Source of the DNA: Bdellovibrionales bacterium
Lineage (GTDB): Bacteria; Bdellovibrionota; UBA1018; CAIMNF01
Assembly: GCA_040380025.1 (NCBI GenBank)
Contig: JBEIJY010000003.1
Coordinates: 51,130 to 115,129, forward strand
DNA length: 64,000 nt
Direction: 5' to 3'
Position numbers and translations under genes: made by a program. The notes under the pieces were generated by a model, which did not search any database, had not been told where the DNA came from, and saw nothing but the letters and a program-made list of their open reading frames with translations. Below, in pieces: positions 34,372 to 44,909 of the stretch. Position 1 is the first letter of the stretch, and each line of letters starts with the position of its first letter.

Positions 34372-35835
34372 ATGATGAAGAAGTCGCCCGTTTATTTTGT
34401 CTCGCTCGGATGCCCGAAGAACCTCGTCGACTCCCAAGTCATGCTGGGCAAGCTCGAGAACGATCGCTACGAGATCGCTCCCTCGCCCGAAGGCGCCGAG
34501 GTGATCATCGTCAACACCTGCTCGTTCATCCAGGCGGCGAAAGAAGAATCGATCGAGACGATCCTCGAGATGTCGCAGTTCAAAGAAGAGGGATCCTGCA
34601 AGGCGCTCGTCGTGTCGGGATGTCTTCCTCAGCGGTATGCGAAAGAGCTCGAAAAAGAGATGCCCGAAGTGGATCTCATGATCGGAACCGGGCAATACCA
34701 CAAGATCACCGAGCTTCTCGATTTGCACGAGAAGGCCCGCGAACAGGGCGCGCCTCTTCCGAAGCGCTCCTACATCGACTTCCCCGCCTTCATTCACACC
34801 GAAAAAGATGCGCGCGTCCACACCGGTCCGCGCTTCACGGGGTTCTTGAAGCTCTCCGAGGGCTGCAACCGCCGGTGCTCGTTTTGCATCATTCCGAAGC
34901 TCCGCGGGAACGTTCGCTCCCGGACGATCGCCTCGCTCGTCGAGGAGGCAAAAGCCATGGCCGCAGAAGGCGTGCGCGAGTTGAATCTGGTGGCCCAGGA
35001 CCTGACCGAGTACGGCATGGAATGGAAGTACCGCGAGAACCTCGAGATGCTGCTTCCCGAGCTGTGCAAGGTCGAAGGCATCGAGTGGATCCGCCTGCAT
35101 TATGTGTACCCCGATCAGTTCTCCGATGAACTGGTTGAAATCATCGCGCGCGAGCCAAAGATCGTGAAATACCTCGATATGCCGATCCAGCACACCAATG
35201 ACCGCGTGCTCGGCCTCATGAACCGCAGGCTCACCAAGGCGAAATTGTACGATCTGATGGAAAAACTCCGCGCCAGGATTCCGGGGCTCGTGCTCCGGAC
35301 TTCGATCATCGTGGGATTCCCGGGCGAGACCGATGCCGAGTTCGAGGAGCTGTGCGAAGACCTGAACCGGCTCGGGCTCGATCATGTCGGTGTGTTCAGT
35401 TACTCGAAAGAAGAAGGCACCAAGGCGGCCGAGCTCGACGGGCATCTGCATGCCAATGTGAAGAGAAAGCGCCGGAAGCGCCTGATCGAGATTCTCCAGA
35501 AACAGCGCGGATCGAAACTCTCCGCACTCATCGGAAGCCGGGTCGAAGTCATGATCGAGGGGAACTCCGAGGAGACCGAGCTTTTGATCCAGGCGCGCAT
35601 GCCGACCCAGGCCCAAGAAATCGACGGGCGGGTGCTCGTGAATGATCTGGGCGAATGGAATGCGGCCGATCTGAATCCGGGCGACCTGGCCCTGGTCGAG
35701 ATCACCGAGCTTGCCGACATGGACCTGATCGGAAAACTCGTTCGGGTCACGAAGCCCGCTCTGCCGGCGGCGCCCGGTCTCGCGACGAAGATCGCGACCG
35801 GACCCGAGATGAGAAGTGGACAGACCGCGCACTGA
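34372..35835 (+). CDS. rimO: Ribosomal protein S12 methylthiotransferase RimO (radical SAM MTTase)
   Basis: VSLGCPKNLVDS MTTase N-domain, CNRRCSFC radical-SAM cluster, C-terminal TRAM-like segment. Confidence 0.75.
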   Translation: MMKKSPVYFVSLGCPKNLVDSQVMLGKLENDRYEIAPSPEGAEVIIVNTCSFIQAAKEESIETILEMSQFKEEGSCKALVVSGCLPQRYAKELEKEMPEVDLMIGTGQYHKITELLDLHEKAREQGAPLPKRSYIDFPAFIHTEKDARVHTGPRFTGFLKLSEGCNRRCSFCIIPKLRGNVRSRTIASLVEEAKAMAAEGVRELNLVAQDLTEYGMEWKYRENLEMLLPELCKVEGIEWIRLHYVYPDQFSDELVEIIAREPKIVKYLDMPIQHTNDRVLGLMNRRLTKAKLYDLMEKLRARIPGLVLRTSIIVGFPGETDAEFEELCEDLNRLGLDHVGVFSYSKEEGTKAAELDGHLHANVKRKRRKRLIEILQKQRGSKLSALIGSRVEVMIEGNSEETELLIQARMPTQAQEIDGRVLVNDLGEWNAADLNPGDLALVEITELADMDLIGKLVRVTKPALPAAPGLATKIATGPEMRSGQTAH

Positions 35836-36790
35836 TTCTCACGCGGATTCTTATAAGGATCCTCTGTGGGGCCGGATCGAATCGGCGCTGACCGATGAGG
35901 GATTCCCTGCTTCGTCCGTGGTCGATTATTCTTTGGCCCGCGAGGAGTACGCCCGGGACGTGTCCCGCTACCGTGATTGGATTCAGGCCGGGAATCATGC
36001 CGACATGGGCTACTTGTTGCGTGGGCTCGACCGCAGGGCCGATCCCGCGCTCGTGTTCCCCGGGCTCGAAGGCGTGATCACCGTGCTCCGGCCCTATCCG
36101 CCCGAGCCGGCGGGAACCGCGGACCTCCGCTACGCACGTTATCTGAACGGTCCTGACTACCACGATGTGATGAAAGAGCGCATGGAGGCGGCCTTTGCAC
36201 GTCTGCGCGATGCGCACGCGCTTCCCGGGGACTTCCGATACAAAATCTGCGTCGATACCTCGGCGGTGTTGGAGCGCGCTTGGGCACGGATCTCGGGGCT
36301 CGGTTGGATCGGAAAGAACACCTTGCTCATTCATCCCAAGCTCGGAAGCTATGTGTTCCTCGGAGTCGTGTTCACGAATCACCGCTTCGGGGCTCCTCCT
36401 GTGCTTTTGAAGGATTATTGCGGTCCATGCACGCGGTGTCTTCAGGCGTGCCCCGTCAATGCGCTTTTGCCCCATGAACTCGATTCGCGAAAGTGCATCA
36501 GTTATCTGACTATCGAAAAACGCGGGTCCTGGGAACAGGCGGTCGACACGAAGGGATTCGTGGCCGGGTGTGATCTTTGCCAGGAGGCGTGTCCGTACAA
36601 CTTCAAACCTGCGAAATACGCTTCTCCCGCGGGGCTTGCGCCTCATTTGGTGATCGACGCTGATTCCTTGATGCGCGAAACCGAGGAAGAGTATCGGGCG
36701 CGGATCGCGGGAACGGCCCTCGATCGGATCCGGCCTGCGGATTTCAAACGGAATGTCCGGGCTACGCGGTCCGCACCCCGTACAGAATGA
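35816..36790 (+). CDS. queG: Epoxyqueuosine reductase QueG
   Basis: GWIGKNT and two 4Fe-4S motifs (CGPCTRCLQACP, CDLCQEACP). Confidence 0.8.
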   Translation: MDRPRTDSHADSYKDPLWGRIESALTDEGFPASSVVDYSLAREEYARDVSRYRDWIQAGNHADMGYLLRGLDRRADPALVFPGLEGVITVLRPYPPEPAGTADLRYARYLNGPDYHDVMKERMEAAFARLRDAHALPGDFRYKICVDTSAVLERAWARISGLGWIGKNTLLIHPKLGSYVFLGVVFTNHRFGAPPVLLKDYCGPCTRCLQACPVNALLPHELDSRKCISYLTIEKRGSWEQAVDTKGFVAGCDLCQEACPYNFKPAKYASPAGLAPHLVIDADSLMRETEEEYRARIAGTALDRIRPADFKRNVRATRSAPRTE

Positions 36791-37724
36791 CGGGGTTTTC
36801 GACTGCGTTCAAAAACCGGATCGTGATTTTTCCTTTCAAGACGAGTGACGAGCCGACCACTTCACAGATTCCCGAACCACGATTGATTTCAGCGATCGCC
36901 GAGCCCTTGTCGCCCAGTCGGGTGTTGGCTCCATAGTGAGGCTGAGGAAGGGGCTCGTCGTTGAAGTGAATGGTGAAGCGGGCATTGTCGCGGGCATCGG
37001 GGTGGGTGACCGCGATGATCCGCAGATGCGATCCCTCGAAGTCGAAGCTCATTCCGGCGGCAGAGTCCTCGGTCGCCATGGAGTCTCCGGCGGGGATCCA
37101 TTTTCCGGCAAGCAAGAGTTCCCGGGCCGGAATGCTTTTCCGGTCGATCGATTTGGTCACTTCAATAATTCCCGCCTCGGCAAGGGGAAGTCCCGGATCC
37201 TCGACCCGGAGAGTTCGATGGAGCATGGCCTCGGCTTCTCCGAAGACCTTCACCGGATCGGGCAGGAGCGGCAGATTCAAAAGTTCCTCGCTTTGCCGGA
37301 GAATCACGATTCTTGGTTCCTCTTTGGCATCGAAGTGCGAGAACCAATCCCCCTTCGCGTCCAGATGGACCGGGAGCTCCCCGAAGATCTTCGAGTTCCG
37401 GAAGCGCTCGAAGTACCGCGTTCCGCGGAGAAACAAGTATTTTTGCTCGATTGCGATGATAGAGCGCACGGGCAGGCCACGATATTCGTTGCTGATGCGC
37501 TCGATCGCATCGAGGACCGGGTCGAGCAGGTAATCGGCCGCATCGAGCAAGAACAACAAAACAATATTCTGCTCGGCCAAGTCATGCAGCGGGAGGATCT
37601 TCGTTCCTGCCGGCGTGCCCAAAATTCCGAACCACGGAGGAGCGTGCAGCCAGTTCGGTTGGCTCGTTTGGATCATCCGTTCTTTGATTTCTTCGATCGT
37701 GAGGACTTTTTCTTTTCGCTTCAT
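36762..37724 (-). CDS. Hypothetical protein
   Basis: 320-aa ORF with codon usage consistent with its neighbours. No recognizable motif. Confidence 0.45.
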   Translation of the reverse strand: MKRKEKVLTIEEIKERMIQTSQPNWLHAPPWFGILGTPAGTKILPLHDLAEQNIVLLFLLDAADYLLDPVLDAIERISNEYRGLPVRSIIAIEQKYLFLRGTRYFERFRNSKIFGELPVHLDAKGDWFSHFDAKEEPRIVILRQSEELLNLPLLPDPVKVFGEAEAMLHRTLRVEDPGLPLAEAGIIEVTKSIDRKSIPARELLLAGKWIPAGDSMATEDSAAGMSFDFEGSHLRIIAVTHPDARDNARFTIHFNDEPLPQPHYGANTRLGDKGSAIAEINRGSGICEVVGSSLVLKGKITIRFLNAVENPVILYGVRTA

Positions 37725-37740
37725 GATGGTTCGTCCGTTC

Positions 37741-38460
37741 TTAAAAATCGAGACGGTATTCGATTCCCGCCCTGCCGTCGGTTTGATTGTTCAATTCGGG
37801 AATCTGCGAGGAGCCCACCGAAAAGTTCAGATGCTCGGTGAGCGGGTGCCGGAGCTGAGTCGAGAACGACCGGCTCCGGCTGAAGTAATTCAGTTCGGCC
37901 ATCGTCCGGGTGGTCGAGAGACTCCGGTTCACATTCAGGCCCAAACCCGAGGTGCCGTCGTAAAAAACACGGCTGTTCAGAAACGGGGACTCGAGGTTGA
38001 AGTCTCCTCGGCCTGCCCGTCCATCCACACGCGACGATACCCGGAAAAGATCGGTTTTGATCAGTCGGACCGTGACGCCGAACCAGAGCGCCGCCGCACC
38101 GGCGAGCACGCTGGCCGGGCCACCGAGGCTCTGGCTCTGATCGAGAATGGTCTTGCCGCGGGTGGTGATTTTTTCGAGGGCGATCGCCAGTTGTTCGTCT
38201 TTCAGCAGATTTGTCATTTGCTCGGCCCGTTGTCGTCCGAGGATCAGATTTCGTCCGAGGGTCCCCGGATCCCGATTTCCCATGGCTGCCGCTTGCTCGT
38301 TTCGACTCAATGTCGAGCGGGTCTCTTGTTCGAGAAGGGGATTTTGTTTTGTGCTCAGGAGATCCCTCTCGTTCGAAGGAGGCGGGGGCGTGGCCGATCC
38401 GATCGACCTTTCCGCGTGCAGGGACAAAAGCAGAATCAAAAGGAACACACTCCGACTCAT
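37741..38460 (-). CDS. Secreted hypothetical protein
   Basis: Signal peptide MSRSVFLLILLLSLHA. C-terminal ...EYRLDF. Confidence 0.45.
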   Translation of the reverse strand: MSRSVFLLILLLSLHAERSIGSATPPPPSNERDLLSTKQNPLLEQETRSTLSRNEQAAAMGNRDPGTLGRNLILGRQRAEQMTNLLKDEQLAIALEKITTRGKTILDQSQSLGGPASVLAGAAALWFGVTVRLIKTDLFRVSSRVDGRAGRGDFNLESPFLNSRVFYDGTSGLGLNVNRSLSTTRTMAELNYFSRSRSFSTQLRHPLTEHLNFSVGSSQIPELNNQTDGRAGIEYRLDF

Positions 38461-38506
38461 CTCTCCGTCTTATCGGAATTTCTGGCCATAACTTGAAGAG
38501 CCCCGG

Positions 38507-39328
38507 TCAGCCCCGGAGCTTGGAGAGCAGGAACCCGGTGGCGCTGAACTGGTCGGCGCAGGGGGCCATCCGGAGTCCGTCCGCCGCAAGGCGAATGGCC
38601 CGATCCCGTCCTAAAAGAGAGAGAATGTTCTTTTTGGATTGGTTCCGGTCCTGCTCCTCATCCTCGAGGTCGTCAGCGATCTGAAATGCAAAGCCGAACG
38701 CCGAGGCGTACCGGTCGAGCTCCTCGATTTTTTTGGATTCGGGAGGTTCTCCCGAGAGGAGCACGGGGGTCAGGATGCTGGCGCGAAAGAGGGCGCCGGT
38801 TTTGAGCTCCTGGACCTTCAGCAGGGTTTCCAGGTCGGCTTGGCGCATGCCTCTTACGATCTCGAGTTCGAGCATCTGGCCCCCGATCATTCCCTCTCCT
38901 CCGATCGATCTCGAAAAGCACTCGAGCATGATCCCGAATGCGCCGGCATTCGGGGCAAAGGGAGCGAGCCCCGCGACCAGACGGTAGGAGAAGTTCAAAA
39001 GCTCATCGCCGGCGAGGAGTGCGGTTCCCTCGTCGAATTTTTTGTGAACGGTGGGAAGTCCCCGCCGCCAGTCATCGTTGTCCAAGGCGGGAAGATCATC
39101 ATGGATCAATGAAAAAAGGTGAACAGACTCGATGGCACTTGCCAAGGCGAGAACGGCTTCGGGAGCGAGATTCACGCGGGCTCCGGACTCGTGGACGAAT
39201 TGCGGTCGAAGGCGTTTTCCGGGGGCTTCCGCCGCGTACAGCAGTGCGGAGCGAAGAAGGGGGGAGGCGATCGGCGCCTCCTGAAGAGTCCTAAGGAGGT
39301 GCGCATTGAAGGTCGAAAGCCACTGCAT
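38507..39328 (-). CDS. ispA: Short-chain polyprenyl diphosphate synthase (farnesyl-diphosphate synthase)
   Basis: Aspartate-rich motifs LIHDDLPALDNDDWRRG and FQIADDLED. Confidence 0.8.
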   Translation of the reverse strand: MQWLSTFNAHLLRTLQEAPIASPLLRSALLYAAEAPGKRLRPQFVHESGARVNLAPEAVLALASAIESVHLFSLIHDDLPALDNDDWRRGLPTVHKKFDEGTALLAGDELLNFSYRLVAGLAPFAPNAGAFGIMLECFSRSIGGEGMIGGQMLELEIVRGMRQADLETLLKVQELKTGALFRASILTPVLLSGEPPESKKIEELDRYASAFGFAFQIADDLEDEEQDRNQSKKNILSLLGRDRAIRLAADGLRMAPCADQFSATGFLLSKLRG

Positions 39329-39427
39329 GGAAGAACCCTAACGGAAATCGCCAGGCCAGACAACGAAAACACGGAACACTTTAATCGGGTTTCGGTTTGT
39401 GGTAGATTCCGCCCGTAAAGGAGTATC

Positions 39428-40546
39428 ATGAGCGACGAACGGTTCACCGAGCAGTCCACTGAGAATTCCACTGAGAATTTCACCGAGCGGTTCATCCGCC
39501 GGAAGGCCGATCATATCCGGTTTTCGCTCGCTCCCGAAAGTGAGGCGCGGAACGTCCGCACCCTCGATCGCTACCGTCTCCTCCATGATTCCCTGCCCGA
39601 TCTCGATTTCGAGAGCATTTCCCTTTCGTCCCCGTTTTTGGGGTTCACGCAAAAGACTCCCTTTTTTGTGGCGGGGATGACCGCGGGGCACCCGGATGCC
39701 CGGATGATCAACGACCGCCTGGCGGCCGCTGCTGCCCGAAGGGGCTGGGGCTTCGGTCTGGGTTCCCAGCGTCGCGAGCTCGACGGGGCGTTCGTCGATG
39801 CCCCGATCGGAGCGATCCGGAAGGCCCATCCCGATCTCAAAATTCTTTCGAATCTCGGAATCGCCCAATTGATCGGGATTTTTCGATCGCAACACTGGAG
39901 CCGGCTGAACGAGCTTCTGGAACGAAGCGGCGCCGATGCCCTTGCCATTCACCTGAACCCTCTTCAGGAGGCGATCCAGGAGGAAGGCACCCGTGATTTT
40001 CGCGGCGGGCGCGATGCGATTTGTGCGCTACTGGATTCGGTGCGGATTCCCGTGATTTTGAAAGAAACCGGCTCGGGCATGAGTCGGATGTTCCTCGGGC
40101 GGATCGCGGATCTTCCGGTTCATGCGGTTGACGTGAGCGGTCTCGGAGGCACGCACTGGGGCCGGATCGAGGGAATGCGGGCCGAAGAGGGTTCCCGTTC
40201 GCGGACACTGGGCGAAACCTTTGCGGACTGGGGCGTCCCGACGGCGCGCTCGATCGAAACCGCCCGGAATCTGCTGAAGACAAGCCCGATTCGCATTTGG
40301 GCGAGCGGGGGAATCCGCACGGGGCTCGATGCTGCGAAATGTCTCGCACTCGGAGCGCATGCCGCTGGATTCGCGCGGGTCGCACTCGAAGCCGCGATCG
40401 CGGGTGAGGCATCGCTGGATCGCTGGATGGAGCGCATTGAGGACGAACTTCGTACGGCGATGTTTTGTACGAATTCGGCGCAGGTCACCGACCTCACCCC
40501 GGACAAGATCGAAATCGGAGAAAGTCATGAGCAAAGAACGATTTGA
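39428..40546 (+). CDS. fni: Type 2 (FMN-dependent) isopentenyl-diphosphate delta-isomerase
   Basis: KADHIRFS start region and TIM-barrel FMN-binding motifs (ILKETGSGMS, ASGGIRTGLD). Confidence 0.8.
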   Translation: MSDERFTEQSTENSTENFTERFIRRKADHIRFSLAPESEARNVRTLDRYRLLHDSLPDLDFESISLSSPFLGFTQKTPFFVAGMTAGHPDARMINDRLAAAAARRGWGFGLGSQRRELDGAFVDAPIGAIRKAHPDLKILSNLGIAQLIGIFRSQHWSRLNELLERSGADALAIHLNPLQEAIQEEGTRDFRGGRDAICALLDSVRIPVILKETGSGMSRMFLGRIADLPVHAVDVSGLGGTHWGRIEGMRAEEGSRSRTLGETFADWGVPTARSIETARNLLKTSPIRIWASGGIRTGLDAAKCLALGAHAAGFARVALEAAIAGEASLDRWMERIEDELRTAMFCTNSAQVTDLTPDKIEIGESHEQRTI

Positions 40547-41834
40547 ATCCCTGTTGCAGGATTTCCACCGGATTCCCTTCGAGGAACGGCAAGCCCGCCT
40601 TGCGCGCTGGTGCGATCTTGATCCTCAGGAACTGCAAATCCTGAAGGGCGTGAATGCCCTGCCGGTCGAAACCGCAGAGCACTTCATCGAGAACGTGATC
40701 GGCGTGTTTCCGGTCCCGATGGGAGTCGCGACCTATTTCACGATCGACGGACGGGACGTGCTGATCCCGATGGCGGTCGAAGAGACCTCGATCATCGCGG
40801 CGGTGAGCTCCACTGCAAAATGGATCCGCAAACTGGGCGGGAAGATCACAACGGAATCGCGCGGGAAACTCATCATCGGGCAGATCCAGATCCCGCGGGC
40901 GGGCGATGTCGAAGGTTCCCTCGAAAAACTGACCCAACTGCGCGAAGAGCTGATTGCGGACGCGAACTCGATTGTTCCGGGGCTTGTGGCCCGCGGAGGG
41001 GGCGTTCGCGACATCCAATTCCGCACCCTTCCTCGCGAGGATGGAACAGGAACCATGCTCGTGATCCATGTGCTGTGTGATCCGAAAGATGCGATGGGCG
41101 CGAATCTCATCAATCAGATCTGCGAGGGGCTGAAGCCCGGAATCGAAGAGGTGACCGGCGAGAAGGTCGGACTCTGCATTCTTTCGAATCTGGTCGATAC
41201 CAAGCTCACCCATGCCAAAGTCGAGATCGACGGAGTCGATGCCCCGACGGGAATCGGCATCGCAGAGGCCGCACAATTCGCAAAAAGCGATCCGTATCGC
41301 GCCAGCACCCACAACAAGGGCGTCATGAACGGAATCGACCCCGTACTGGTGGCCACCGGAAACGACTGGCGTGCCGTCGAAGCGGGCGTGCATTCGTTCG
41401 CCGCCCGTTCGGGAACCTATCAGCCCGTGACGGACTGGCGATATGAGAACGGTCGACTGACCGGCGAGTTCCTTGCTCCGCTTGCCGTGGGGACGGTCGG
41501 AGGAGTCACCATGCTTCATCCGACGGCACGCTTGGCGCTGAAGATCATGGGCGTGCAGAGTGCCGAGGGCCTTGCTTCGATTCTTGCGGCGACGGGGCTC
41601 GTGCAGAATCTCGGGGCACTGAAGGCGCTGGCGACGGTGGGAATCGTAAAGGGCCACATGCGGCTTCATGCCGCGAATCTCGCGCTTCAGGCCGGTGCGA
41701 ACGAAGAAGAGCTTCCGCGACTTCGTGCCGAGCTGTCGAGTGTTCTGACCCGCGAGAAGCGGATCAACCTGACACGGGCGAAAGAGATCCTCGAAAGCAT
41801 CCGGTCCTCGACCGGGAACCATCATCTCAATTAG
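40527..41834 (+). CDS. mvaA: Class II hydroxymethylglutaryl-CoA reductase
   Basis: Start at MSKERFES. Motifs ENVIG, DAMGANLIN and GTVGG typical of class-II HMGR. Confidence 0.8.
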   Translation: MSKERFESLLQDFHRIPFEERQARLARWCDLDPQELQILKGVNALPVETAEHFIENVIGVFPVPMGVATYFTIDGRDVLIPMAVEETSIIAAVSSTAKWIRKLGGKITTESRGKLIIGQIQIPRAGDVEGSLEKLTQLREELIADANSIVPGLVARGGGVRDIQFRTLPREDGTGTMLVIHVLCDPKDAMGANLINQICEGLKPGIEEVTGEKVGLCILSNLVDTKLTHAKVEIDGVDAPTGIGIAEAAQFAKSDPYRASTHNKGVMNGIDPVLVATGNDWRAVEAGVHSFAARSGTYQPVTDWRYENGRLTGEFLAPLAVGTVGGVTMLHPTARLALKIMGVQSAEGLASILAATGLVQNLGALKALATVGIVKGHMRLHAANLALQAGANEEELPRLRAELSSVLTREKRINLTRAKEILESIRSSTGNHHLN

Positions 41835-43564
41835 TTTTTTTCGGCGAACGAGAGCAGACGCTGGAATTCCCCGTTTTTCTCGACCAGATCGGAGTAGGTT
41901 CCGCTCTCGAGAATCCGGCCCTGCTTCATCACCACGATCCGGTCGGCGTTCCGGATCGTCGAGAGCCGGTGCGCGATGACCAGAGTGGTGCGGTTTTCCA
42001 TCAGTTTTTCGAGGCTGCTTTGCACCATCTTCTCGGATTCATTGTCGAGATTCGAGGTCGCCTCATCGAGTACGAGGCAGGGAGCGTTCCGCAAAAACGC
42101 CCGCGCAATCGAAATCCTCTGCCGTTCGCCGCCCGAGAGCTTCACGCCCCGGTCGCCCACGATGGTGTTAAACCCCTGGGGCAGGCGCGAGATGAATCCC
42201 GTCGCGTGAGCCTGCGAAGCCGCTTCGAGGACTTCCTCCCGCGTGGCATCCGGCTTTCCCATGCGAATGTTTTCGTAAATCGAATCATGGAACAAAAACA
42301 CATCTTGGCTCACGACCGCGATCTGCGAGCGCCAACCGGCAAGATCGAGCGACCGGAGGTCATGTCCGTTCACGAAGATCCCTCCTTCGGTGACATCGTA
42401 CATGCGGGTCAGGAGTTGGACGACCGAGCTTTTTCCCGAACCGCTTTGTCCGACCAGAGCCAGGGTCTTTCCTCGCGGAAGCACGAATGAGATTCCATCC
42501 AGGATTTTCCGTTTCGGCTCATCCGGATACGAGAAGCCGATTCCCCGGAACTCGATTCCGGATTCGATCGCGGGAACCGGGATGCCGTTTTCGGGCAAGG
42601 TGATCCGCGGTTTCCAGGAAAGAAACTGGTTGATCCGCTCCATCGCGGCGGCTGCAGCATGAAGTTTCGCATTGATGTCGGTGAGCTGGCGGATCGGATT
42701 GATCATCATTCCGAATGCGGCAAAAAACGCGAGAAGATCGCCCGACGTCATCTCGCCCCGCAAGACCGCGCTCCCCCCGAAATAAAGAATGATCGCGATG
42801 GCGATCGAGGTCACGAGTTCAATCGAGGGTCCCGCGATCTCCTCCATTTTGCTGATCTTCAAAAGCAAGCGCGTGAGGCCGTTGAGCTGGTCCCGGAATC
42901 GTCGGACCCGGTCGGACTCAAGCCCGAATAGCTGAATCACGCGGATTCCACTGATCGCTTCCTGGACGGTCGAGTAGGTTTCTCCGTTCTGGATTTGGAA
43001 TTCCCCGATTTTTTGTTTGATGTACCGGCCGGTTCTTCCGAACACGAATCCGAGCGCTGGCACGATGGTGAGCGTGATCACCGTGAGCTTCCAGTTCGTG
43101 TACAGGGCGTATAAAAAGAGTGCGCTGAAGGTGATCGGCTCCCGGAGCAGCACATTGGTCGAGGCGACGGCACTGTCGAGCTGCGCCACGTCCACGGTGA
43201 CCCGCGAGAGGAGGGTGCCGGCTTTGTGCTCGGAATAGTAATCGACCGAAAGCGAGAGCAGGTGCGCGTAAAGGCGTTCGCGAATGGCCTGGTTTGTGCG
43301 AACCACCGCGATCCGGATCGCGTAGAAATGAAAAAACCGTACGAACAGGTTCAAAAAATACATCGCCACGATCGCGATCGGAATGAGCAGAAGCTTCTGC
43401 GGATCCTTTTTGACCAGGATCTCATCGACAAGGTACCGGACGAGCGGAATCGGCCCCGCTCTCAGTGCGGAGAGGGGGATGGCCATGGCAAGACTGAACC
43501 AGATCCAACTCCGGTTCGGTCTGAGATAAGGGAGGAGCGTTTTAAGCGATCCTAGCGAAAACAT
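41831..43564 (-). CDS. ABC exporter, fused permease/ATPase (MsbA-like)
   Basis: Six-TM domain plus Walker A GQSGSGKSS, signature LSGGERQRISIARAF, Walker B LVLDEATS. Confidence 0.85.
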   Translation of the reverse strand: MFSLGSLKTLLPYLRPNRSWIWFSLAMAIPLSALRAGPIPLVRYLVDEILVKKDPQKLLLIPIAIVAMYFLNLFVRFFHFYAIRIAVVRTNQAIRERLYAHLLSLSVDYYSEHKAGTLLSRVTVDVAQLDSAVASTNVLLREPITFSALFLYALYTNWKLTVITLTIVPALGFVFGRTGRYIKQKIGEFQIQNGETYSTVQEAISGIRVIQLFGLESDRVRRFRDQLNGLTRLLLKISKMEEIAGPSIELVTSIAIAIILYFGGSAVLRGEMTSGDLLAFFAAFGMMINPIRQLTDINAKLHAAAAAMERINQFLSWKPRITLPENGIPVPAIESGIEFRGIGFSYPDEPKRKILDGISFVLPRGKTLALVGQSGSGKSSVVQLLTRMYDVTEGGIFVNGHDLRSLDLAGWRSQIAVVSQDVFLFHDSIYENIRMGKPDATREEVLEAASQAHATGFISRLPQGFNTIVGDRGVKLSGGERQRISIARAFLRNAPCLVLDEATSNLDNESEKMVQSSLEKLMENRTTLVIAHRLSTIRNADRIVVMKQGRILESGTYSDLVEKNGEFQRLLSFAEKN

Positions 43565-43599
43565 AAGAATTCCCGATACCTTATGCTATGATCAGAGGC

Positions 43600-44094
43600 A
43601 TGGCAAAGGCCGTTTTTTTGGATCGGGATGAGACCTTGAATCCGGATCCGGGGTACATCAGCGACCCCGCCCTGTTCATGCTGTACCCGTGGGTGGCCTC
43701 GGAGCTCCGACGGCTCAAGGATGCGGGATTTTTGCTCATTGTGATTTCCAACCAGTCCGGGGTGGGGCGCGGTTTGATTCCCGCGGGAGCACTCGAGGCG
43801 ATCCACCAAAAGTTGAACGATCTTCTCGATGCGGCCTCCGGGGTGCGGATTGACCACTTCGCGATTTGCACCCATCGTCCCGAGGATTCGTGCGAATGCC
43901 GGAAGCCGAAACCGAAGCTCATTCTGGACTCGGCAAGCCTTTTCGAGATCGATCTTTCTTCGTCGTTCATGATCGGCGATCGGGAGTCCGATCGAAAGGC
44001 GGGCGAAAAAGCGGGGGTCCGGATCAGCTTCCAGATCGATCCGGGCGATGAGGCGTCCTTCAAACTTGCCATTCGGGCGATTTTAGGAACCTGA
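43600..44094 (+). CDS. gmhB: D,D-heptose 1,7-bisphosphate phosphatase (HAD-IIIA)
   Basis: VFLDRDETLN DxD motif and ISNQSGVGRG. Confidence 0.7.
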   Translation: MAKAVFLDRDETLNPDPGYISDPALFMLYPWVASELRRLKDAGFLLIVISNQSGVGRGLIPAGALEAIHQKLNDLLDAASGVRIDHFAICTHRPEDSCECRKPKPKLILDSASLFEIDLSSSFMIGDRESDRKAGEKAGVRISFQIDPGDEASFKLAIRAILGT

Positions 44095-44878
44095 GCGATC
44101 CGAAGGGGGTGCGATCAAGCCCCGGCACAAAGTATTGCAAATGCCGCTCCAGAAAGTCCAAGAGCTCCTCGTGCTCCTTAGGGTAGGCCACGAACTCGAT
44201 TTTTCGCACCGGTTGCAGCATCGAGTGGTAGGCGTCCAGAATCGCGTTTTTCGTGAGCGTCGATTCCGGGTTGCTTCCGGCGCATCCGATGCAGACCCAA
44301 GCTCCCCGCGAAACCTGTGGCACGACACGGTCCCCTTCGACCTCGTTCAGCGGCTTGCCGCAAGCGATGCATCGGGTGAGTTGGGGCTGAACCCCGAGCC
44401 ACTGGGTGAGTTTCAAGAGGAACGCGTTCACCACCGGCAGGGACTCCTCGGGGGGACGTTCCTGGATTGCGAAGAGTGCGTTTGAATACAGCTTGAAGAG
44501 CTCCGGAGCCGGACGCTGGGATGGAACGGCCCGAAGGACCAGTTCGTTCAGCGCCGAGGCTCCGGAGAGTTTTTCGAAATGTTTGCCAAGCGACCCGGCC
44601 TCGTGCCTCACCTGGGCCGAGAGCACCTGGACCAGCGCCTCGTCGATGCCATCATTGATGGCCTCGGCAATGCGGATGGTTTTCAGATCGAGCTCGAACT
44701 CCGAGCAGGTAAAGAGGTCGAGGCTCCCGCCGAAGCGTCGGGATTGGACGCCGTTCCGGGCGATTCCCGAGAACTTTCCCCGCCGCTCCGAGAGAAACAC
44801 TGCGATCAGGTGCCGCTCCTGAAACGGATAGGTCTTCAGGACATAGCAAAGCTCGCGGGTTTCTGGGGGGTTCGTCAC
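44060..44878 (-). CDS. recO: DNA repair protein RecO
   Basis: OB-fold N-terminus and a C4 zinc-finger region (CIACGKP...CIGCAG). Confidence 0.7.
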   Translation of the reverse strand: MTNPPETRELCYVLKTYPFQERHLIAVFLSERRGKFSGIARNGVQSRRFGGSLDLFTCSEFELDLKTIRIAEAINDGIDEALVQVLSAQVRHEAGSLGKHFEKLSGASALNELVLRAVPSQRPAPELFKLYSNALFAIQERPPEESLPVVNAFLLKLTQWLGVQPQLTRCIACGKPLNEVEGDRVVPQVSRGAWVCIGCAGSNPESTLTKNAILDAYHSMLQPVRKIEFVAYPKEHEELLDFLERHLQYFVPGLDRTPFGSLRFLKSPEWQV

Positions 44879-44909
44879 GCGGGCAGGGTATCAAAAAATC
44901 CCTGTTCCG

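Noticed and set aside
39428-39500. TENSTENFTE tandem repeat at the N-terminus of the IDI-2 gene
   Set aside because: Short low-complexity duplication (two or three nonamers) inside a coding region, likely replication slippage. No independent functional signal.
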